Source of the DNA: Candidatus Omnitrophota bacterium
Lineage (GTDB): Bacteria > Omnitrophota > Omnitrophia > Omnitrophales > Aquincolibacteriaceae
Length of the DNA stretch: 64,000 bases
Assembly: GCA_016930235.1 (NCBI GenBank)
Contig: JAFGHI010000025.1
Location: forward strand, 16,437-80,436
Reading direction: 5' to 3'
How positions within the stretch are numbered: position 1 is the first letter of the stretch; every line of letters starts with the position of its first letter. The notes under the pieces are model-generated. The model was not told where the DNA came from. It saw only the letters and a program-made list of their open reading frames with translations, and searched no databases. Below are positions 37,197 to 47,619 of this stretch, piece after piece. Both the position numbers and the translations under genes were made by a program.

Positions 37197-38068
37197 CGTT
37201 CCCCCTTAAACCACAAAGCTTGCCAGAACCCCCTCACGAAAGCAACGTTTCCTCTCAGTAGTGAAAAAAGAATCCGCGGTGGCAAAAAAACAAGATGAGC
37301 TGTCCAGAAAGCGAACTCTCGAAAATTTTTCCACATGAAAAGAAAGGTATTCCGATAAGCTAAAACAGCAACTTCTCCGGCCCCAAAACGGCGCTTAAAA
37401 CTCACTTGCCCAAGATGATAGACAACACTCTTGGGTTCATAATAAAGCCGGTAACCGGCACGACGCGCCCGATGACACAAATCAACATCCTCCAGGATTC
37501 CCGGCAGATATCGCTCATCATATCCCCCCAATTCTAAAAATATCTTTCTTGAAAAGGCCCCGAAACCGGAGGAATAGGTTTCCGAAGCCTGATCTGCTTC
37601 CTTGTCATATCCCGGATATCTGGCATCACACCAAAACATTCCCCAGCGCATCCCCGCTTTTGAACGGGCTGCCTGAATTTCAGCGCCATCAAAACTCATC
37701 ACTTTCGGCGCAACCAAGAAAGTCTTCGAATCCTGCCGAAATCTCTCGATCAACGGATCGACAAAACCTTTGTCGACCCGGATATCGTTATTCAGCAAAA
37801 TGGCCACGGGCTCCTGCATAACCGTCAAATAATCGTTATAAGAGCAAAGAAGCTTGTTCGCCGGAGAGGTCCATAATTCGACCTCGGGATAATTTTTTCT
37901 GACATAATCAAGTCCGTCATCCGTGCTTAAATTGTCCAGGATAGTCACCCCTGTCGGACACTCCGCTTTTCTTGCCGCTTCGACGATACTCGGAAGACAC
38001 TGCGGCAAAAGATCTTGGCCGTTATAATTCAAGATGACTATTCGTGCTCTTAGCGTTTCAGTGCCCAT
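37193..38068 (-). CDS. Glycosyltransferase family 2
   Basis: IVILNYNGQDLLPQCLPSI...LLNNDIRV. Confidence 0.8.
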   Translation of the reverse strand: MGTETLRARIVILNYNGQDLLPQCLPSIVEAARKAECPTGVTILDNLSTDDGLDYVRKNYPEVELWTSPANKLLCSYNDYLTVMQEPVAILLNNDIRVDKGFVDPLIERFRQDSKTFLVAPKVMSFDGAEIQAARSKAGMRWGMFWCDARYPGYDKEADQASETYSSGFGAFSRKIFLELGGYDERYLPGILEDVDLCHRARRAGYRLYYEPKSVVYHLGQVSFKRRFGAGEVAVLAYRNTFLFMWKNFREFAFWTAHLVFLPPRILFSLLRGNVAFVRGFWQALWFKGER

Positions 38069-38240
38069 ATCCTCTTTTCGCGATCGCTTGATTCCCGTTT
38101 CAAACTACAAATGACATAGTCTAGCGGAAAACATTTCATTCGCAATGCTTTCTTCAATCTCCATCCGTACCCACTTCCCTGCCTCTATCCTCTTAAGCTT
38201 TCCCTTGACAATTTCTCCTCGTTTCGCTATTTTCCGGGTC

Positions 38241-39029
38241 ATGACAGCCAAGAATCCTTTTGTCAGCTTTATCATCCCCGTCTTCAACGAAGAGCTGAAC
38301 ATTACAGGCGTTTTCAAGGATCTCTACGACATTCTCCACCGCCACCCCGAATGGAACTGGGAAGTCATTGTGATCGAAGACGGCTCCAAAGACAATACCC
38401 GCCGAGTAATTCTTGACCTCGTTAAAACTTATCCCGAAACTCAATTAATTCTTCACGACCAGAACCGGGGCTACTGCGCCTCCATGCGTGACGGTCTGGC
38501 CAAGGCCCAGGGAGATTACTTGATGTATATCGGCGCCGACGAGGAATTCGATTGTTCAGAACTCCCTGCCTTCGTCGAGCCTTTACGTCAAGAAGGCGCC
38601 GGGCATGCGGACATTGTCCTGGGCGTACGATGGCAACGAAATGCCTATAAACTCCACCGTTTCTTTCTTTCCGTCATCTACATTTTCCTTTTGAATGCCA
38701 TGTTTCGAATGCGCGTCAACGACTACAACTGGTCTCAGGTGTGGTCCAGGGATTTCATCGACCGTTCACAAATTGAATCCAAATCCCTTTTTATGCTTCC
38801 CGAAATTATCATCAAAGCTTACGATGCGGGATATAAGATCAAGGAAGTCCCCTCCAATCACCGGGGTCGAAAATGGGGAAAATCATCACTCAATATGAAG
38901 ATCATGACGCATGCCCTTCTGGATGCCTTCCGCTTCTGGATTCATCGCCGTTCAAAAAAATACCGGCCGCTTAAACCATCTTCTCCGTCAAAAGAACTTG
39001 TGGAATCCCCCCAAGAAATCAAAAAGTAG
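38241..39029 (+). CDS. Glycosyltransferase family 2 (polyprenyl-phosphate sugar synthase-like)
   Basis: VSFIIPVFNEELNI...VIVIEDGSKDNT...IGADEE. The start is at the internal MTAKNPF Met. This is the only plus-strand gene in this block and is divergent from 37193..38068. Confidence 0.8.
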   Translation: MTAKNPFVSFIIPVFNEELNITGVFKDLYDILHRHPEWNWEVIVIEDGSKDNTRRVILDLVKTYPETQLILHDQNRGYCASMRDGLAKAQGDYLMYIGADEEFDCSELPAFVEPLRQEGAGHADIVLGVRWQRNAYKLHRFFLSVIYIFLLNAMFRMRVNDYNWSQVWSRDFIDRSQIESKSLFMLPEIIIKAYDAGYKIKEVPSNHRGRKWGKSSLNMKIMTHALLDAFRFWIHRRSKKYRPLKPSSPSKELVESPQEIKK

Positions 39030-39072
39030 GCACATGTTTTATCGTGGCGCTTAAAATCAAACCATCGAATTC

Positions 39073-40761
39073 CTAACTTCGCTTGGACACTCCGCGTAAT
39101 TGCATGGGACCGCCATTCATGATTCGATGCTCGGTCATGACATAGAAGTCATCTTCTTCATGAATGAGAAAATAACCGGCCTTCATCAGATCCGTCAGCT
39201 CTTCGGGAAGGCCCCGGGAATTCGGCTCCCAAAACTCCCGGTCAAAGATGACATAATCAGCCTGCTTTTGCTTGGCAATCTCCGCTTTCGTCGGCACGGC
39301 ATTATAATCAAACTGATAAATTTCCTTTCGATGAGCCAGTTGCGGAATAAAATTGTTATGGGTCAGCACGGAAGCTTCTTGCGGTACATCTTTTAAGATA
39401 AAACGAATATATTGACGCCTCGGACTGTTGTGTTGAGCGCTTTGCCAATAATAATAATATTCGGATGGCCCTGACCTCAAAAGACTCACAATCATCAAAC
39501 CGGCCGCGACACCATAACGATAACGATGAAACCAATTGTATTTTTCGGTCAAACGCTGAAAACCATAGATGGCGGATATGAATACGAAGGGAGTCAACCC
39601 CGCCGTGTAATGGTAAGCAAAGGACCTCATGACGGGATTCTCTGAGAGAAGATTTTGCGTCAGGATTGGCAAGGTCAACATCCAGGTCGGAAAATGAAAG
39701 AATGATAAAAACATGAGCGGCGAATAGACCTTCAAAATATATTCCCAGGTGTCCCCCGAAAAAATGACTTTGAGAATCCCTAAGGGCGAATTCATGAGAT
39801 ACACATAGAAACCCTGATACAAATAAGGTTTTTGGCTCAGTTTGGGAATGATCCAGGAAACCTCCGCCCAAAATAAAAGGGCCGCGAAGATCATGACGGA
39901 TAAACCCAGACGATATGCTTTTTTAAACGAAACGGCATAAAGCCCCAGCATAAAAGCTACCGCCAGCATATTTTCCTTGGCCAAAATAACAACGCCAAGC
40001 GTTAGCAGAAAACCCGTCCACTTTCGCTTCTCAAGAAATATAAAAGCTAAAAAGATGAACGGTTCCGCTAAGACTTCGGGGTGAAAATCCTCATGCAAGG
40101 CATTACGGGAAGGGAGAAAGAAAAAATACGCGATGACAAAAACAAATGCCAGGAAATAATCCCCGGTTCGTTCTTTCGCAATTTTTCCAATCAGGAAAAC
40201 GCAGCTTGCCGTCGCAAGCGCTTGAAGAATCAAGAGCATCCTCGGATCCGGCCAAATCAGATAAAATGGCGTTGCGACAAGCAGAATGGGACTCATATGA
40301 TCGCCCAACAGGCAGATTCCATCCTTGATCGAAGAATAAAGGAAATGCCCTTGCATCGTATTCCAAACTGCCTGGTCAAAGATCCCGAGATCAAAGGCAC
40401 GCGTTTCAAGAGCAAGGTGGCGAATCCACCCCACCGAAATGGTCATGCCGCTATAAAGCAAAAAAACTAAGCTCACAAAAACCCAGAAACTCCAGCCTTT
40501 CAATCCCTGAATCAAGCGCACAAACCATAACTGCCGGAAAACCTCGGGACACTTCCACCTAAGAAACAACAAGGGAACAGCTAGAAGCGCCACCCCCATA
40601 CGCATCATATTGACATATCGCGTTTTCGAACTCAATTCGCTCATGAGGCCCATCTGGATCAAAGGAATACCGTTGGTGAGGATGAAAAAAAGGCCGGCCA
40701 ATCCAAGAAATGTTGTTAACAACTGCCAATGGAATGTTCTAAAATCTGACTTCAAACTCAC
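39073..40761 (-). CDS. Large polytopic membrane protein, DUF2079-like (putative GT-C-type transferase)
   Basis: 562 aa, at least 12 TMs, an AFDLGIFDQAVWN motif, and a C-terminal soluble domain. The family assignment is from memory and was not verified. Confidence 0.4.
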   Translation of the reverse strand: MSLKSDFRTFHWQLLTTFLGLAGLFFILTNGIPLIQMGLMSELSSKTRYVNMMRMGVALLAVPLLFLRWKCPEVFRQLWFVRLIQGLKGWSFWVFVSLVFLLYSGMTISVGWIRHLALETRAFDLGIFDQAVWNTMQGHFLYSSIKDGICLLGDHMSPILLVATPFYLIWPDPRMLLILQALATASCVFLIGKIAKERTGDYFLAFVFVIAYFFFLPSRNALHEDFHPEVLAEPFIFLAFIFLEKRKWTGFLLTLGVVILAKENMLAVAFMLGLYAVSFKKAYRLGLSVMIFAALLFWAEVSWIIPKLSQKPYLYQGFYVYLMNSPLGILKVIFSGDTWEYILKVYSPLMFLSFFHFPTWMLTLPILTQNLLSENPVMRSFAYHYTAGLTPFVFISAIYGFQRLTEKYNWFHRYRYGVAAGLMIVSLLRSGPSEYYYYWQSAQHNSPRRQYIRFILKDVPQEASVLTHNNFIPQLAHRKEIYQFDYNAVPTKAEIAKQKQADYVIFDREFWEPNSRGLPEELTDLMKAGYFLIHEEDDFYVMTEHRIMNGGPMQLRGVSKRS

Positions 40762-41576
40762 GAACCCCTCGGCTCCTCGCCGATTGAACGCTCATAGTCG
40801 TTATCGATTTTTCGGGATGAAATCCAATACACCGTTTTTGTGACAGCCATCAAGGGTGCGGCAGCACTATAATAAATAAAACACAGTATCCGCACATCAA
40901 AATCTTTGAAAACCAACCCCTCGAGGACCGCACCGATTGTAAGGACGTTCATCACCACGTGGATTTCGCAACTCTTATGCAGCCAGGAAAAGACATCCCG
41001 GAAGCGCCCTTTCTTCACTTGATTCAGATGGTTATCAACGTGAGCGGCCTTGAAATAAAAAGATGTTTTTTCATGCGTCGACATTTTTTCATAAAATGTT
41101 TTATATTTCACGTCATGAAGGAGATTAAAAAGCGTAATGGCTAAGGCCGGGAGAAACCCCCATTTGATAAAAAAGGCAATGCCCGTCTCGTGATAAGCAT
41201 AAAGGCCAAATCCGAAGAACAAAGCCGCATGAATAAGATGATGGGTCAGGAAATCGAAAAACCGACCGGTCAAAGTCACCTGCTTGCGATACCTGGCTAT
41301 TTGGCCGTCCACATGATCGAGCAAATACCAAAGCTGAAGCAAAACAACCCCAATAAAAAAACCGCTCATCGCAGGCACCGTCAACCACGCAATTCCGAGA
41401 AACCCGATCCCGAGTGACATCAAAGTCACCTGATTCGCCGTTACGTTTGTATGCAAAAACAGCCAAGTGACCGGCAAGGCCGCATCCCGTACAAGATGAC
41501 GCGCCATCCAGTTCCCCTTCTTCTTATAATCAGGTTTTTGGACTATTTTGTTGAGTTCTTTGAGTGATTCCATCAT
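40758..41576 (-). CDS. CDP-alcohol phosphatidyltransferase family protein
   Basis: DHVDGQIARYRKQVTLTGRFFDFLTHH matches the D-x2-DG-x2-AR...G-x3-D motif. Multi-TM. Confidence 0.8.
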   Translation of the reverse strand: MMESLKELNKIVQKPDYKKKGNWMARHLVRDAALPVTWLFLHTNVTANQVTLMSLGIGFLGIAWLTVPAMSGFFIGVVLLQLWYLLDHVDGQIARYRKQVTLTGRFFDFLTHHLIHAALFFGFGLYAYHETGIAFFIKWGFLPALAITLFNLLHDVKYKTFYEKMSTHEKTSFYFKAAHVDNHLNQVKKGRFRDVFSWLHKSCEIHVVMNVLTIGAVLEGLVFKDFDVRILCFIYYSAAAPLMAVTKTVYWISSRKIDNDYERSIGEEPRGS

Positions 41577-41616
41577 AGCGTCTTCCTTTTATTGAGCCCG
41601 CCATTTTGGCGGATGT

Positions 41617-41782
41617 AAAATCCGAATCTCGAATTTCGAAGCACAAAACAAATACGAATATCGAAATTCAAATAAGGCAAACAAAAGATCTGTGTCCTAT
41701 GCCCTTCGTACCTTGTTTTTTTCTTTCCTATTTCGAATTTTGATATTTCTTCGAATTTCGGGATTCGCGCTTCGGATTTCCC
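41617..41782. mobile_element. Family-1 miniature element, copy G (35 kb away from the other copies)
   Basis: Arms aaaatccgaatctcgaatttcgaagcacaaaacaaatacgaatatcgaaattcaaataagg and ctatttcgaattttgatatttcttcgaatttcgggattcgcgcttcggattt. It abuts the methyltransferase stop at 41788. Confidence 0.55.
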
Positions 41783-41787
41783 TGTGC

Positions 41788-42483
41788 TTACGCTTGTTTG
41801 TTGCAAAAAAAGCAAAAGTGATAGGAAAAACGAGTCGGGATAAGCCAATCCTTGATCTGCTGTTTCCAGGATTGGCGAGCTATACCGTTATATTTTTCCG
41901 TTTTCATGACTTTAAGTCCGTGGTCTTCTAAGATTTGCTTCCACTCGCCCCAGCTGGCAAACTTTTCATGGGTTTGGTTCCTGGCGAATCGATCTCCTTT
42001 CAACAAAACCGAAAGGATGTCCTTATACCAAAAGATATTCGGAACCAGGATCAAAAAAAGGGCATCCCTTTTAGCTACCCTTTTCATCTCACGGATCGCT
42101 TCACCGATATCGAGAAAATGCTCCAGGCTGCCTAAACAAGTCACGCTGTCAAAAATCGCATCACCAAACGGCAATTTTTCCGCAACCGAATGAAGATAAG
42201 ACGCTTCCGGACATTCCTTCCTGGCAATTTCAAGAGCCCTTTCAGAAATATCAACACCCGTAAGGGATACCTTTCCTTGTACAACATGCCGGATATGTTT
42301 TAAAAAATAACCGCCGCCGCAAGCAATGTCCAAGACGGATTTCACCGATGGCTGATATTGAATCAGGCGGTTAGCAAACCACGCATAGGCCCGGTCTTCG
42401 TCCCGAATGGGTTCTTTCTCGTACAGCTGATTGTATTCCGCTTGGATATCTTTAAACTCTTTTTGATCGATTTCAACACTCAT
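41788..42483 (-). CDS. Class I SAM-dependent methyltransferase
   Basis: VLDIACGGGYF (motif I) and DAIFDSVTCL. Confidence 0.8.
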   Translation of the reverse strand: MSVEIDQKEFKDIQAEYNQLYEKEPIRDEDRAYAWFANRLIQYQPSVKSVLDIACGGGYFLKHIRHVVQGKVSLTGVDISERALEIARKECPEASYLHSVAEKLPFGDAIFDSVTCLGSLEHFLDIGEAIREMKRVAKRDALFLILVPNIFWYKDILSVLLKGDRFARNQTHEKFASWGEWKQILEDHGLKVMKTEKYNGIARQSWKQQIKDWLIPTRFSYHFCFFCNKQA

Positions 42484-42486
42484 GTC

Positions 42487-43572
42487 TCACACCGTCGATT
42501 CATACACTTTTATTGTTTCCCGAGCTGCCTTGTCCCAGGAAAAATTCTTGATCTGTTGGAATCCCTTTTCGACGAAATCACTCCGAACCGATTCATCATG
42601 ACCGAACGTGATCATACCTTCCACGATCTGCTGAGTTTGTGTGGGATCCACCAGCCAGGCGGCACTTCCTGCGACTTCCGGCAACGAGGATGTCTTCGAT
42701 GTCAACACCGGTGTCCCCGAAGCCATGGCCTCCAGAACCGGGATCCCGAATCCTTCATAAAGAGACGGAAAAATCAACGCTTGCGAGTTAGAGTATAACA
42801 AATTCAGTTCCTCTTGGCTCAAGTAATCCGTAAAAAGGATATCGTCCAGATTAGCCTGAGAACCATGCACAAGCAACTCGTACGCGCGCCCCTGCGCGAA
42901 AGATCTTGAACCGGCAATCACTAGCTGAAACCGCACATCGCCACGCTTTTGCTTTAAAAACTCGTCAAAAGCACGGATAACACGTTCCAAATTTTTTCTG
43001 GGTTCGAGCGTCCCGACGGACAGGAAATATTTCTCCGCAATGTTGAGACGTTTTTTCAGAATCTCCCACTTGGGATGATTTTTCATGTTCGAAAAACCTT
43101 CATGCCCTGAAGGATAGACGAGATGAATCTTCTTTTCAGGGATGCGTAATTCTTGCATGATATCGCGCTTGCTATTTTCAGAATCAGTAATGATCGCGTT
43201 CGCCGATCGAACAGCCACCGGGAGCCATTTCCCCCAGTAGAAACGGCTGGGCCAACCCATCTGATTGGGGAACTTCATCCCGATAAGGTCGTGCACCGTA
43301 ACGACAACTTTAAACGGTCTGATAATCGGAGGGGCAAAACAGGGTACATGCAAAAGACGGATCCTATCCTTGAAGGCAATCGAAAGGAGCTCATAATTCT
43401 CCCACTGCATACGTTCTGCGGTATTCCAATCTTTCTCACGTGGTTTTGCATAGCAGCGAATAATATGTCGATCGCGAGATTCCCGGATGATGGAGCGCAC
43501 AAGATTTTCGGTATAAACCCCAAGCCCCGTCTTCTGCCCAAAACAAGAGTGCGTATCAATACCTATCTTCAT
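42487..43572 (-). CDS. Glycosyltransferase family 4
   Basis: EGFGIPVLEAMASGTPVL. Confidence 0.85.
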   Translation of the reverse strand: MKIGIDTHSCFGQKTGLGVYTENLVRSIIRESRDRHIIRCYAKPREKDWNTAERMQWENYELLSIAFKDRIRLLHVPCFAPPIIRPFKVVVTVHDLIGMKFPNQMGWPSRFYWGKWLPVAVRSANAIITDSENSKRDIMQELRIPEKKIHLVYPSGHEGFSNMKNHPKWEILKKRLNIAEKYFLSVGTLEPRKNLERVIRAFDEFLKQKRGDVRFQLVIAGSRSFAQGRAYELLVHGSQANLDDILFTDYLSQEELNLLYSNSQALIFPSLYEGFGIPVLEAMASGTPVLTSKTSSLPEVAGSAAWLVDPTQTQQIVEGMITFGHDESVRSDFVEKGFQQIKNFSWDKAARETIKVYESTV

Positions 43573-45074
43573 AGCGCGTCACTCTCTGGCCGTTTTCCCA
43601 TTTTGTTTAACTGATCGGTCATGACCTTGCCCATCACGGTAAGCAGGCCTGTACGGCGATTCACATACCAGGCGCACGGTACCGTCAAAAGTACGTACAG
43701 CCCGCACCTAAGCAAGACGCCCAGAAAAGAAAAATCATTTCCGACCCGACTCAACAAAAATGTCAGCACGAAGAAATATCCGAGCATCAGAAAAAGCGCT
43801 CCGATAAACCGTATCACTTCGGCACTTCCCGAAAAATGACTTTTGGCATAAATAAGCATCATGAGATTATAAATCATAGAACCCAAAACGACACCCCAGG
43901 CAACTCCCACTAACCCCATGCCTGAGCGCACAAAAACAAAATCAAAAAGAGCAATGAGAAAAACTCCTACCATTAAAATGGGAAGCATTCGCCACTGCTT
44001 GTCAAGCGTAATCAAAAAAGTATTAGCTTGTTGGCCGATCGCCATAAAAAAAGTCGACAGTAGCAGCACTTTCATGGCCGGAAGACCCGCTGTGAATTTC
44101 GGAAGCAATGTGTGTATCAAAATAGGCCCTGCCAGAATAGCCAGTCCGATCAGGAATGCCGTTATCAAACCGACAACCCAGACGGGATAAAGCAAATATC
44201 CCTGGATCCCTGCCGCACTACCGCTTTCTCCGTATTTTTCTTGTAGCCGCGGGTACAGTACAATCGCCAGCATATTGGGAATTCCGATAATATACTGATG
44301 AAACATCAGTGCAATGGAATAATTTCCCAGGGCCGTGACACCCAAATAGGTAGCAATCATAATTTTATCGACGCTGCGAATAGTCTGCTGGCTAAGGCCG
44401 ACCAACAAAAGTGGGATACCGATGCCCATGATTTTTTGGAGTCCTTCACTCGAGAGTTTAAGCTTGAATCCATAATGCGTGCGCACATGAACAAAAAGAA
44501 GCCCAAGGGCTGTGCTCAAATACGACGCAACGAACAAACCGTATATTTTGAAAGGCTTCACCAAGATAAAAACAAATATCAAATTTAGAATTGCGCTGAG
44601 GACAGTAACTTGAGCGATATAATAAAACTCTTTATTCGCCCTCATGATGGTCGTGTAGTAGTCGTAAACGCGCTGGATTAGGATAATGGCTGCTACATAA
44701 AGCAATCCGATATACAAATAATTCGAGTGCTTTTCTTTCGTCCAGAAAGCGTAAATCGCAATACCAATCGCAGGGAGAAGGGCCATGAGCACCGTAAAAG
44801 TAAAAACCTCGTTCTTGATCTGCTCGGCCTTGTCCCATTCCTTGCGTCCACGGTAATAAGGTATTTCCCGAAAGGCGGCTTTGGAAGCCCCTAACGTCGC
44901 ATAATCGCAGTATCCGAGGATCACCTGCACAACATTCCAAACACCGACCATGGTAGGTCCCAAAAATCGCTTCGTTGCGACACTGATCACAAATCCCAGA
45001 AATTGCGCAATATAGTTGCTTGAAATGTAGAGCGACGAATCTTTAAATATAGCTTTCTTAGTTGCATGTCCCAT
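43569..45074 (-). CDS. Wzx-type flippase / polysaccharide biosynthesis protein (MOP superfamily), second copy
   Basis: 501 aa, about 14 TMs. Confidence 0.7.
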   Translation of the reverse strand: MGHATKKAIFKDSSLYISSNYIAQFLGFVISVATKRFLGPTMVGVWNVVQVILGYCDYATLGASKAAFREIPYYRGRKEWDKAEQIKNEVFTFTVLMALLPAIGIAIYAFWTKEKHSNYLYIGLLYVAAIILIQRVYDYYTTIMRANKEFYYIAQVTVLSAILNLIFVFILVKPFKIYGLFVASYLSTALGLLFVHVRTHYGFKLKLSSEGLQKIMGIGIPLLLVGLSQQTIRSVDKIMIATYLGVTALGNYSIALMFHQYIIGIPNMLAIVLYPRLQEKYGESGSAAGIQGYLLYPVWVVGLITAFLIGLAILAGPILIHTLLPKFTAGLPAMKVLLLSTFFMAIGQQANTFLITLDKQWRMLPILMVGVFLIALFDFVFVRSGMGLVGVAWGVVLGSMIYNLMMLIYAKSHFSGSAEVIRFIGALFLMLGYFFVLTFLLSRVGNDFSFLGVLLRCGLYVLLTVPCAWYVNRRTGLLTVMGKVMTDQLNKMGKRPESDAL

Positions 45075-45112
45075 AGTTACAGTCCTATCTAAATTAACCG
45101 GGATGCCAAGAT

Positions 45113-45769
45113 CTAAACGGTCCCCTTATTCTCCTCGTAAGCCCTCAAAACACTATCTCCTCTTATCACTTTGGGAGCATAAGTAACTAAACGGGGATCC
45201 TGGGGCCACCCTTGCGGGATTTTGCCGCCCCGAAAGAGATCGATTAAATCTGGAATCATGGAAGCTGCGAGAACGGCCGTTTTTTGAATCACCCTATTTT
45301 CTGTATCGCTTTCGGAAAGCGGCAGGGATCGCTGCAGAAGAATGTCACCTGCATCCAATTCCTCGGTAAGGTAATGGATGGAAACGCCTGTCTCCTTTTC
45401 TTTATTCTTGACGACGGCATAAAACGGACATGGCCCACGATACTTCGGCAGCAGAGAAGGATGGATATTCACAATTCCAAATTTCGGAATGTTAATGATT
45501 TGCCTGGGTACGATCTGGGCGAATGTTGCAACAATGATCAGATCGGGTTCCAGCGTTTTGATCAAATCAACCGAATTTAAAATTTTTTCGCCAGAACAGG
45601 TGATTTTCATTCGCTTGCATAAATCGACCAATGCTTCTTCCTCGTAATAAGGAAACTTGTTCTTGTAAATCGTCGTGAAAACAGCCGTAACCCAAACATC
45701 GGGGATATTAAGCAAAGCAGGAAGCACCGTATTTCCAAAACCCGTCAGACTGAACAAAATAATTTTCAT
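45113..45769 (-). CDS. Formyltransferase (Fmt N-terminal catalytic domain only; sugar N-formyltransferase candidate)
   Basis: IVNIHPSLLPKYRGPCP...ETGVSIHYLTEELDAGDIL. It lacks the Fmt C-terminal tRNA-binding domain. Confidence 0.75.
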   Translation of the reverse strand: MKIILFSLTGFGNTVLPALLNIPDVWVTAVFTTIYKNKFPYYEEEALVDLCKRMKITCSGEKILNSVDLIKTLEPDLIIVATFAQIVPRQIINIPKFGIVNIHPSLLPKYRGPCPFYAVVKNKEKETGVSIHYLTEELDAGDILLQRSLPLSESDTENRVIQKTAVLAASMIPDLIDLFRGGKIPQGWPQDPRLVTYAPKVIRGDSVLRAYEENKGTV

Positions 45770-45787
45770 GGCGGATATCCTCTTTCC

Positions 45788-46498
45788 CTAGCCCAATTTT
45801 TTAATCGCTTTTGCCGGAACCCCAACCGCAACAACGTGCGGCGGAACATCCTTTGTAACGACACTCCCGGCTCCTACAATGGCACCCGATCCGATGGTAA
45901 CCTTTTTCAGAATAACCGTTCTCGCTCCGATCCACGCATTCGATTCAATCCGGATGGGTCCGTGAATTTCCCCATGCATGCTAATTTGTCCCGTAGAAGA
46001 ATCCACTCGATGATCTGCATCAATGAGGAAAACGCCGGGTCCGATGATCACATGGTCCTCAATACTAAGATCTTTCCCGCCGATCCAGCAATCCCGGGCA
46101 ACCCATACTTCTTTCCCGATCCGTGAATTTCCCAAACTGGAAATCTGAGAATTTTTCAATAGCGATAAACGTTCCCCGATTGTCAAATGTCCTTCAACAA
46201 CAATCTGTGATTGGGCGCCAATAAAAGAAGAATCACCGACCACAAGTTCTCCGTCGGAAACGAAAAAGGAACTTCCCTCTTCAATGACCACGTTGCTGCC
46301 GATGATCGTCTTCTTAGCACCACGCAGAGAGATATATCCCGTAACGATCGAACCGCGCCCGAAAGCTCTGAAACGGCGCCGGTAATAAGCAGACCAAAAG
46401 ATTTTTTTTAGTCGGAAGAGTATTTTCTCCAAAACACCCAAAATCCCATCGGATTCATGCAACGTCTTAAGTTTGCTCATATTTTTGTCATTCCCCAA
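45788..46498 (-). CDS. Left-handed beta-helix (hexapeptide-repeat) acetyltransferase
   Basis: Repeated [LIV]G.....[IV] hexapeptides. IGARTVILKKVTIGSGAIVGAGSVV. Confidence 0.8.
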   Translation of the reverse strand: MGNDKNMSKLKTLHESDGILGVLEKILFRLKKIFWSAYYRRRFRAFGRGSIVTGYISLRGAKKTIIGSNVVIEEGSSFFVSDGELVVGDSSFIGAQSQIVVEGHLTIGERLSLLKNSQISSLGNSRIGKEVWVARDCWIGGKDLSIEDHVIIGPGVFLIDADHRVDSSTGQISMHGEIHGPIRIESNAWIGARTVILKKVTIGSGAIVGAGSVVTKDVPPHVVAVGVPAKAIKKLG

Positions 46499-46527
46499 TG
46501 TGCGTTTTTAAAATTGTGTGTATGAAT

Positions 46528-47586
46528 TTATTCGACCAAATCCCAACTTACCGGAATCCCGCGCTTCACATCCAATCTCACTTTCCGGCCGACGATCTCC
46601 TTCAAATATTTCGGAGCCAAACCGTCGGATGGCCTTATCGAACGGATATCCTCCGGAACAATGCAAGATCCTTTGCGGATATCCCGAGCAAAGAACAAAG
46701 AACGTCTGTAACGTTTATACGGTTTCTCATCTTCACTTAACTCATAACGAATCGATCCCACGGCCTCATGAGCAGCCTTGGATTCATCAACAAGAAGTTT
46801 TAACTCCGAAGGTTCGAGCGCATAAAAGTCATCCAAACCGCGATCCTTTCTGCTGAGAGTAAAGTGGCGTTCGATCAAAACAGCACCGAGTGCAGTTGCA
46901 GCGAGCGAGGCCCCAATACCCACAGTATGATCGGAAAACCCAGTCAAAACATGAAACGACTCCGCGAGATGATTCATGATCTTCAAATTGCTCAAACCGG
47001 CTGGAGAGGGATAGACCGTGGAACATCTCAAGAGGACAAGATCGCAGGGACCCACTTCCCGCGCGGTCTCCACCGCTTCCTTGATCTCATCAAAAGAGGC
47101 CATACCCGTCGACATAATTAAGGGTTTTCCTGTCCTTGCGCAGCATCGAATCAGTTCTAGATCCACGAGTTCACAGGATGCGATTTTGTAGGCAGGCGCA
47201 TCAAGCTTTTCAAGGAAATCAACCGCTGTCGAATCAAAAGGTGAACTAAAAACAGTGATTCCGATCTTTTTCCCAAGGTCGAAAATTTCTTTGTGCCATT
47301 CCCACGGCAAAGATGCCCGTTGGTAAAGTTCAAATAAGGACTGCCCCGCCCATGGATTGTCATTCGATACCCTAAATCGGGGATGATTGCTACGCATTGT
47401 GATCGTTTCCGCAGTAAATGTCTGCAACTTGACTGCGTGCGCACCTGCCTTCTGGGCCGCTTCGACAATTTGCAGGGCCCTTTTTAATGATCCGTTATGA
47501 TTTGCAGACATTTCTGCCACAATCATCGGCGGATGCGAAGGTCCGACCTTGTGATCACCGATTTGAATATCCCCTAAAGATATCAC
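46528..47586 (-). CDS. NeuB-family nonulosonic acid synthase (pseudaminic/legionaminic acid synthase-like)
   Basis: IGDHKVGPSHPPMIVAEMSANHNGSLKRALQIVEAAQKAGAHAVKLQTF, with a C-terminal SAF domain. Confidence 0.85.
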   Translation of the reverse strand: MISLGDIQIGDHKVGPSHPPMIVAEMSANHNGSLKRALQIVEAAQKAGAHAVKLQTFTAETITMRSNHPRFRVSNDNPWAGQSLFELYQRASLPWEWHKEIFDLGKKIGITVFSSPFDSTAVDFLEKLDAPAYKIASCELVDLELIRCCARTGKPLIMSTGMASFDEIKEAVETAREVGPCDLVLLRCSTVYPSPAGLSNLKIMNHLAESFHVLTGFSDHTVGIGASLAATALGAVLIERHFTLSRKDRGLDDFYALEPSELKLLVDESKAAHEAVGSIRYELSEDEKPYKRYRRSLFFARDIRKGSCIVPEDIRSIRPSDGLAPKYLKEIVGRKVRLDVKRGIPVSWDLVE

Positions 47587-47619
47587 TCAAATTCCCCCGA
47601 TTCGATAAGATCAGAAGTT

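Noticed and set aside
38105-38317. 70-aa minus-strand ORF in the divergent promoter region
   Set aside because: It overlaps the start of the plus-strand GT2 gene and has no features. It is probably spurious.
41573-41848. Small ORF inside repeat copy G
   Set aside because: It is encoded wholly by repeat sequence, with no support beyond an open frame.
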